Below the pieces are notes generated by a model. The model worked only from the letters and a program-made list of their open reading frames with translations, was not told the origin of the DNA and made no database searches. The translations under genes were made by a program, and so were the position numbers. A stretch of 32,000 nucleotides of DNA, taken from the NCBI GenBank assembly GCA_016699935.1, contig CP064992.1, positions 1,170,001 to 1,202,000 of the forward strand, written 5' to 3'. The DNA is from Candidatus Saccharimonadota bacterium (GTDB lineage Bacteria > Patescibacteriota > Saccharimonadia > Saccharimonadales > UBA4665). Shown here piece by piece: positions 28,930 to 32,000 of the stretch (its first letter is position 1; each line of letters starts with the position of its first letter).

Positions 28930-30358
28930 TTCAGTACTCCTTCGGTGGTGGCGGCAAATGCCAACAGCTCACGGTCACGTCGTTGCGGGGCGATGATTTG
29001 CAAACCTATAGGCATACCCGTTTGCGCACTCAGAGCTGCTGGAATACTTATGGCCGGAACGCCCACCAGCGCCGGAGCAACGGTCATCATATCGACCAGG
29101 TACATTTTGAGGGGTCGTCGGCATTTTCACCTATCTTAAAAGCGGCATTTGGCGCTACTGGACCAATGAGGAAATCGTACTGCTCTAGCGCGTCGTTGAA
29201 TTCGTTGATCAGCTTGGTTCGGACAGTCTGTGCCTGTTTGTAGTAGGCGTCGTAGTAGCCACTACTGAGAACGTAGGTGCCTATCATAATTCGCCGCTTG
29301 GCCTCGCGGCCAAAGCCTTTAGCGCGAGACTGGGTATAGCTCTCGAACAAATCTGTACCGCTCTGGTCGCTAAATTGATAGCGCTGGCCGTCGTGCCGCG
29401 CAAGATTACTGCTTACTTCAGCAGGGATAAGTATGTAGTAGACAGCCAAGGAGAGTGGCAGGCTCGGTATACTGACCTCTTCCACGACCACGCTCCGGCA
29501 GCTGTGAGCTTATGGACAGCCTGCTCTACCGATGTTCGGACGTCGTCGTCCAGGCCTTCACCCATCCATTCTTTGATGATTCCGACTTTGGTAGCTGGAA
29601 GGTGGAAGGTAGTAGGTGGAAGGTAGTAGCCTTCTGGATCGCGGTCTATAGTGGTGCTGTCTAGTTCATCTTTACCGGCATATACGTCAAACACGTACGC
29701 TGTGTCTTCTACAGTCATTGCCAATGGTCCAATGGTGTCTGTACTGCTCGCCATGGCGACAACACCACTACGCGAAGTCAGCCCGTAGGTCGGACGTAGT
29801 CCTACGCATCCAACGTAACTGGCGGGTTGGCGAATAGACCCACCGGTGTCTGTTCCGATGGCAAAAGGCGCCATCTCAAGCACCACGGCCGCCGCAGGAC
29901 CACCAGATGATCCGCCTGGCACGCGGGTTTTATCATGTGGATTTTTGTGACAAAAAGTCAGAGTTTTCGGTGCTAGCACCATGACCAAAGGCATCTTGGT
30001 TGGCTTTGGCCACACAAATAGCGCCCTCAGCCTCAAGCCGATTTATAACGGTTGACTGATACGGTGGCACAAAACCTTTCAGGATGTTACTTGCCGCCGT
30101 CGCTTCCACGCCCATGACAAGCAAATTGTCTTTGGCTATGAACGGCACGCCAGCTAACCGCCCTGCGTTTACCCCATTTGCCACTTTCTCATCTATAGCT
30201 TTCGCCCGGGACCGCGCCGAATCGGCCAGTGTCGATATGATAGCCTGGTAGTCTTTGTGCTGTTCGATAGCGGCCAGGCTTTGTTCAACCAGATCAACCG
30301 CCTTGACTCGCCCAGACTGAACATCATCTGCCAGTTGGGCAATCGGCTTCCACTTCAT
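28926..30358 (-). CDS. gatA: Glu-tRNA(Gln) amidotransferase subunit A, with at least 3 apparent frameshifts
   Basis: Fragments 29933..30358, 29413..30036 and 29087..29491. A C-terminal piece that I translated reads [59 protein letters not shown], with a stop at 28926-28928. The amidase signature is [11 protein letters not shown]...[12 protein letters not shown]. Confidence 0.9.
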
Positions 30359-30382
30359 CCGTGTAGTCTCCGACTAGCGCAC

Positions 30383-30471
30383 AGAGATAAGAGATGGGAG
30401 ATAAGAGATAAGAAAGTAACACCATCGTACGAAACTTGACTCTTAACTCTTAACTCATATCTCTTATCTCT
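30383..30471. repeat. ~90-nt near-perfect palindrome built from heptad arrays, filling the gatC-gatA spacer
   Basis: The outer 13-bp perfect stem pairs agagataagagat (30383-30395) with atctcttatctct (30459-30471). By hand, the inner arms 30396-30413 and 30441-30458 pair at about 14 of 18 positions (one G-T). Confidence 0.7.
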
Positions 30472-30473
30472 CA

Positions 30474-30767
30474 TTACCCGATCATCCTCTTCACCCTCAG
30501 CATGTTTTTTTCCACCTTTGGGACGATCTGCAGCAGCTTTTCAGCTGTGTAGCCGTAGTCGATTACTTCATCTTTGCGCATGACGTTGGTAAGCCCAGTG
30601 ACTTGATTAGTTGGCTCCAGGCCGCTTACATCGACAGAGGAGAGCTGCTCAACATAGCCCAAAATAGCACTCAGCTCAGTCGCAAACGAGTCAACTTCAT
30701 CATCCGACAAAGAAATCCGTGCAAGCACGGCCAACTTTAAGACATCTTCACGAGAGAGCTTCGTCAT
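30474..30767 (-). CDS. gatC: Asp/Glu-tRNA amidotransferase subunit C
   Basis: Intact 97 aa: LSREDVLKLAVLARISLSDDEVDSFATELSAILGYVEQL...TNVMRKDEV. Confidence 0.9.
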   Translation of the reverse strand: MTKLSREDVLKLAVLARISLSDDEVDSFATELSAILGYVEQLSSVDVSGLEPTNQVTGLTNVMRKDEVIDYGYTAEKLLQIVPKVEKNMLRVKRMIG

Positions 30768-31014
30768 TAATACTACCTACTATACGTGATATGACCCCTT
30801 TATAACAAGTTATGAAATGCCTTTTCGTTACCATTTTTGCTACATAATCCGAGCTCAGCATACCTTGACGAGCTCATAAGCGAAAAACCCATTTTGCTTC
30901 GGCAGCCCCGGAACGTGCGCAGCATCAGGCATAGCCCAACCCAGAAGATTCCCTTATGACTCGCTCGCAGAAAACAAAAAGGCCTGACCTTTTGTAGCCT
31001 TATGAATTGCCAAT

Positions 31015-31088
31015 TTACATCTTGGCTTTGATGTCGGCTATGAGGTCGCGGAGTTCGGCGGCTGTTTCGAATTGAAGGTTGGCAGTGG
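31015..31088 (-). pseudogene. Orphan duplicate of the last ~24 codons of uvrB
   Basis: 68 of 74 nt match 31726-31799, with a 56-nt identical core at 31016-31071. It translates to TANLQFETAAELRDLIADIKAKM*. The reading frame closes about 30 codons upstream. Confidence 0.75.
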
Positions 31089-31123
31089 AATCATCCGGAG
31101 GACTATAAATATTGGTCAGGGTA

Positions 31124-31159
31124 TTGACAAAATATATGAAGTTTTATATACTTTAGCAT
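31124..31159 (+). promoter_or_regulatory. Near-consensus sigma70 promoter of the relBE cassette (TTGACA-17-TATACT), with the -10 box 7 nt from the ATG
   Basis: TTGACAaaatatatgaagttttaTATACTttagcatATG on the plus strand. Confidence 0.6.
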
Positions 31160-31447
31160 ATGAATAACTTAGATAAAACAACGATAAACGTGAAGCTCAG
31201 CAAGCAACTTAAACAAGACGCTCAGGCGCTGGCAGACGAATTGGGCATTCCGCTCAGCACAGTAATGGTCGCGAATCTTAATGAATTTGTTCGCAGTCGT
31301 TCGCTCGTACTCTCGGCTCTACCGCGTCTCAACCCTGAGATTGAGTCAGAACTCCAGGAAGCCATGACCGACTATCAATCTGGCCAGGAAATCTCCCCAG
31401 TCCTCGGAAGTAAAAAAGCTATTGCTGACCATTTTCTCGCCCTATGA
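31160..31447 (+). CDS. relB: Type II antitoxin, RelB/DinJ family
   Basis: Intact 95 aa. TINVKLSKQLKQDAQALADELGIPLSTVMVANLNEFV fits the RHH DinJ/RelB pattern. There is a 4-nt ATGA overlap with the toxin gene. Confidence 0.8.
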   Translation: MNNLDKTTINVKLSKQLKQDAQALADELGIPLSTVMVANLNEFVRSRSLVLSALPRLNPEIESELQEAMTDYQSGQEISPVLGSKKAIADHFLAL

Positions 31448-31704
31448 ATATTGTTGTTCACCGTCGATTTGATAAAATGTTCGCAAAATTGCCCGCAGCC
31501 ACGCGTAACAAAGCAATTATGAGATTACAACTATTTGCCCAAGATCCACTATCTCCCAGACTCCGTAATCACGCACTTCACACACCTTACAAGGGGTGCT
31601 ATAGCATAGACATTACAGGTGATATCAGAGCCATCTACTACCTAGTAGATGACGCAACAGCGTTGTTTACTCATATAGGTACTCACAGCCAGTTATATCG
31701 TTAG
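31444..31704 (+). CDS. relE: Type II toxin, RelE/YafQ-family mRNA interferase
   Basis: Intact 86 aa. RFDKMFAKLP...LFAQDPLSPRLRNHALHTPYKGCYSIDITGDIRAIYYLVDD..LFTHIGTHSQLY fits the RelE/YafQ pattern. Confidence 0.8.
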   Translation: MNIVVHRRFDKMFAKLPAATRNKAIMRLQLFAQDPLSPRLRNHALHTPYKGCYSIDITGDIRAIYYLVDDATALFTHIGTHSQLYR

Positions 31705-31725
31705 ATTTCTTCATGCACCGCTAAG

Positions 31726-32000
31726 CTACATCTTGGCTTTGATGTCGGCTATGAGGTCGCGGAGTTCGGCGGCTGTTTCGAACTGGAGGTTGGCGGCGGC
31801 TAGTTCCATTTGACCTGTCAAGTCTTTGACTAGGCTCTTGTATTCGTCTTTTGGAATCTTTTTCAGATTTAGTTTGGCACGCTTGGCTTCCTCTGGTAGA
31901 TCGGTATTCAAACGAGCCTCGACTGCCCTCGTTATACCGGTAGCCGTTATGCCATGTTCAGTGTTGTAGATTTCCTGTATGCTGCGGCGACGATTCGTTT
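31726..32000 (-). CDS. uvrB: Excinuclease ABC subunit B, C-terminal part (continues beyond the window end)
   Basis: My minus-strand translation is NRRRSIQEIYNTEHGITATGITRAVEARLNTDLPEEAKRAKLNLKKIPKDEYKSLVKDLTGQMELAAANLQFETAAELRDLIADIKAKM. It contains the UvrB YN.EHGIT motif and the C-terminal UVR domain. Confidence 0.85.
   Translation of the reverse strand, partial: TNRRRSIQEIYNTEHGITATGITRAVEARLNTDLPEEAKRAKLNLKKIPKDEYKSLVKDLTGQMELAAANLQFETAAELRDLIADIKAKM

Overview
This window looks like a housekeeping stretch of a small-genome bacterium. The gene content resembles Patescibacteria/Saccharibacteria, but that attribution is my inference only. About 27 protein genes are present, mostly on the minus strand: tyrS (partial), PBP1A, radA, an HExxH membrane protein, clpC, nusA, an orphan ORF, pepN, yraN, a GIY-YIG gene, rnhB, a VanZ-like gene, a lipoprotein, rplS, pilB/gspE, trmH, a CAP-domain protein, dnaE, a DUF948/YtxH pair, galU, gatB, a membrane protein, gatA, gatC, a relB/relE cassette, and the uvrB 3' end. 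I recognised no rRNA, tRNA, CRISPR array, transposase or integrase. Most long genes are split into several ORF-track fragments. Most junctions I could resolve by hand are single-base changes in short A/T runs, so I annotate full gene spans and suspect consensus error rather than decay. I found no recognisable multi-gene defence or secretion system. The unexplained signals are all non-coding.

- **Modular element:** a ~290-350 nt intergenic element occurs three times (5044-5335, 9169-9456, 17477-17823), with compensatory stem changes and a variable number of internal hairpins. This is my best candidate for something undescribed, either a structured RNA family or a BOX-like repeat.
- **Heptad arrays:** degenerate period-7 arrays fill almost every promoter-proximal spacer. 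Two of them form long palindromes.
- **Hairpin repeats:** a family of hairpins ending in GAATGACA includes a ~119 nt composite element with 14-nt inverted termini, present twice.
- **Promoters:** first genes of transcription units have (TGn)TATACT-like -10 boxes 6-9 nt before the ATG, implying leaderless mRNAs. Most internal operon genes I checked, plus clpC, carry GGAG-type Shine-Dalgarno sites instead.
- **relBE cassette:** it is bracketed by a 74-nt duplication of the uvrB 3' end.
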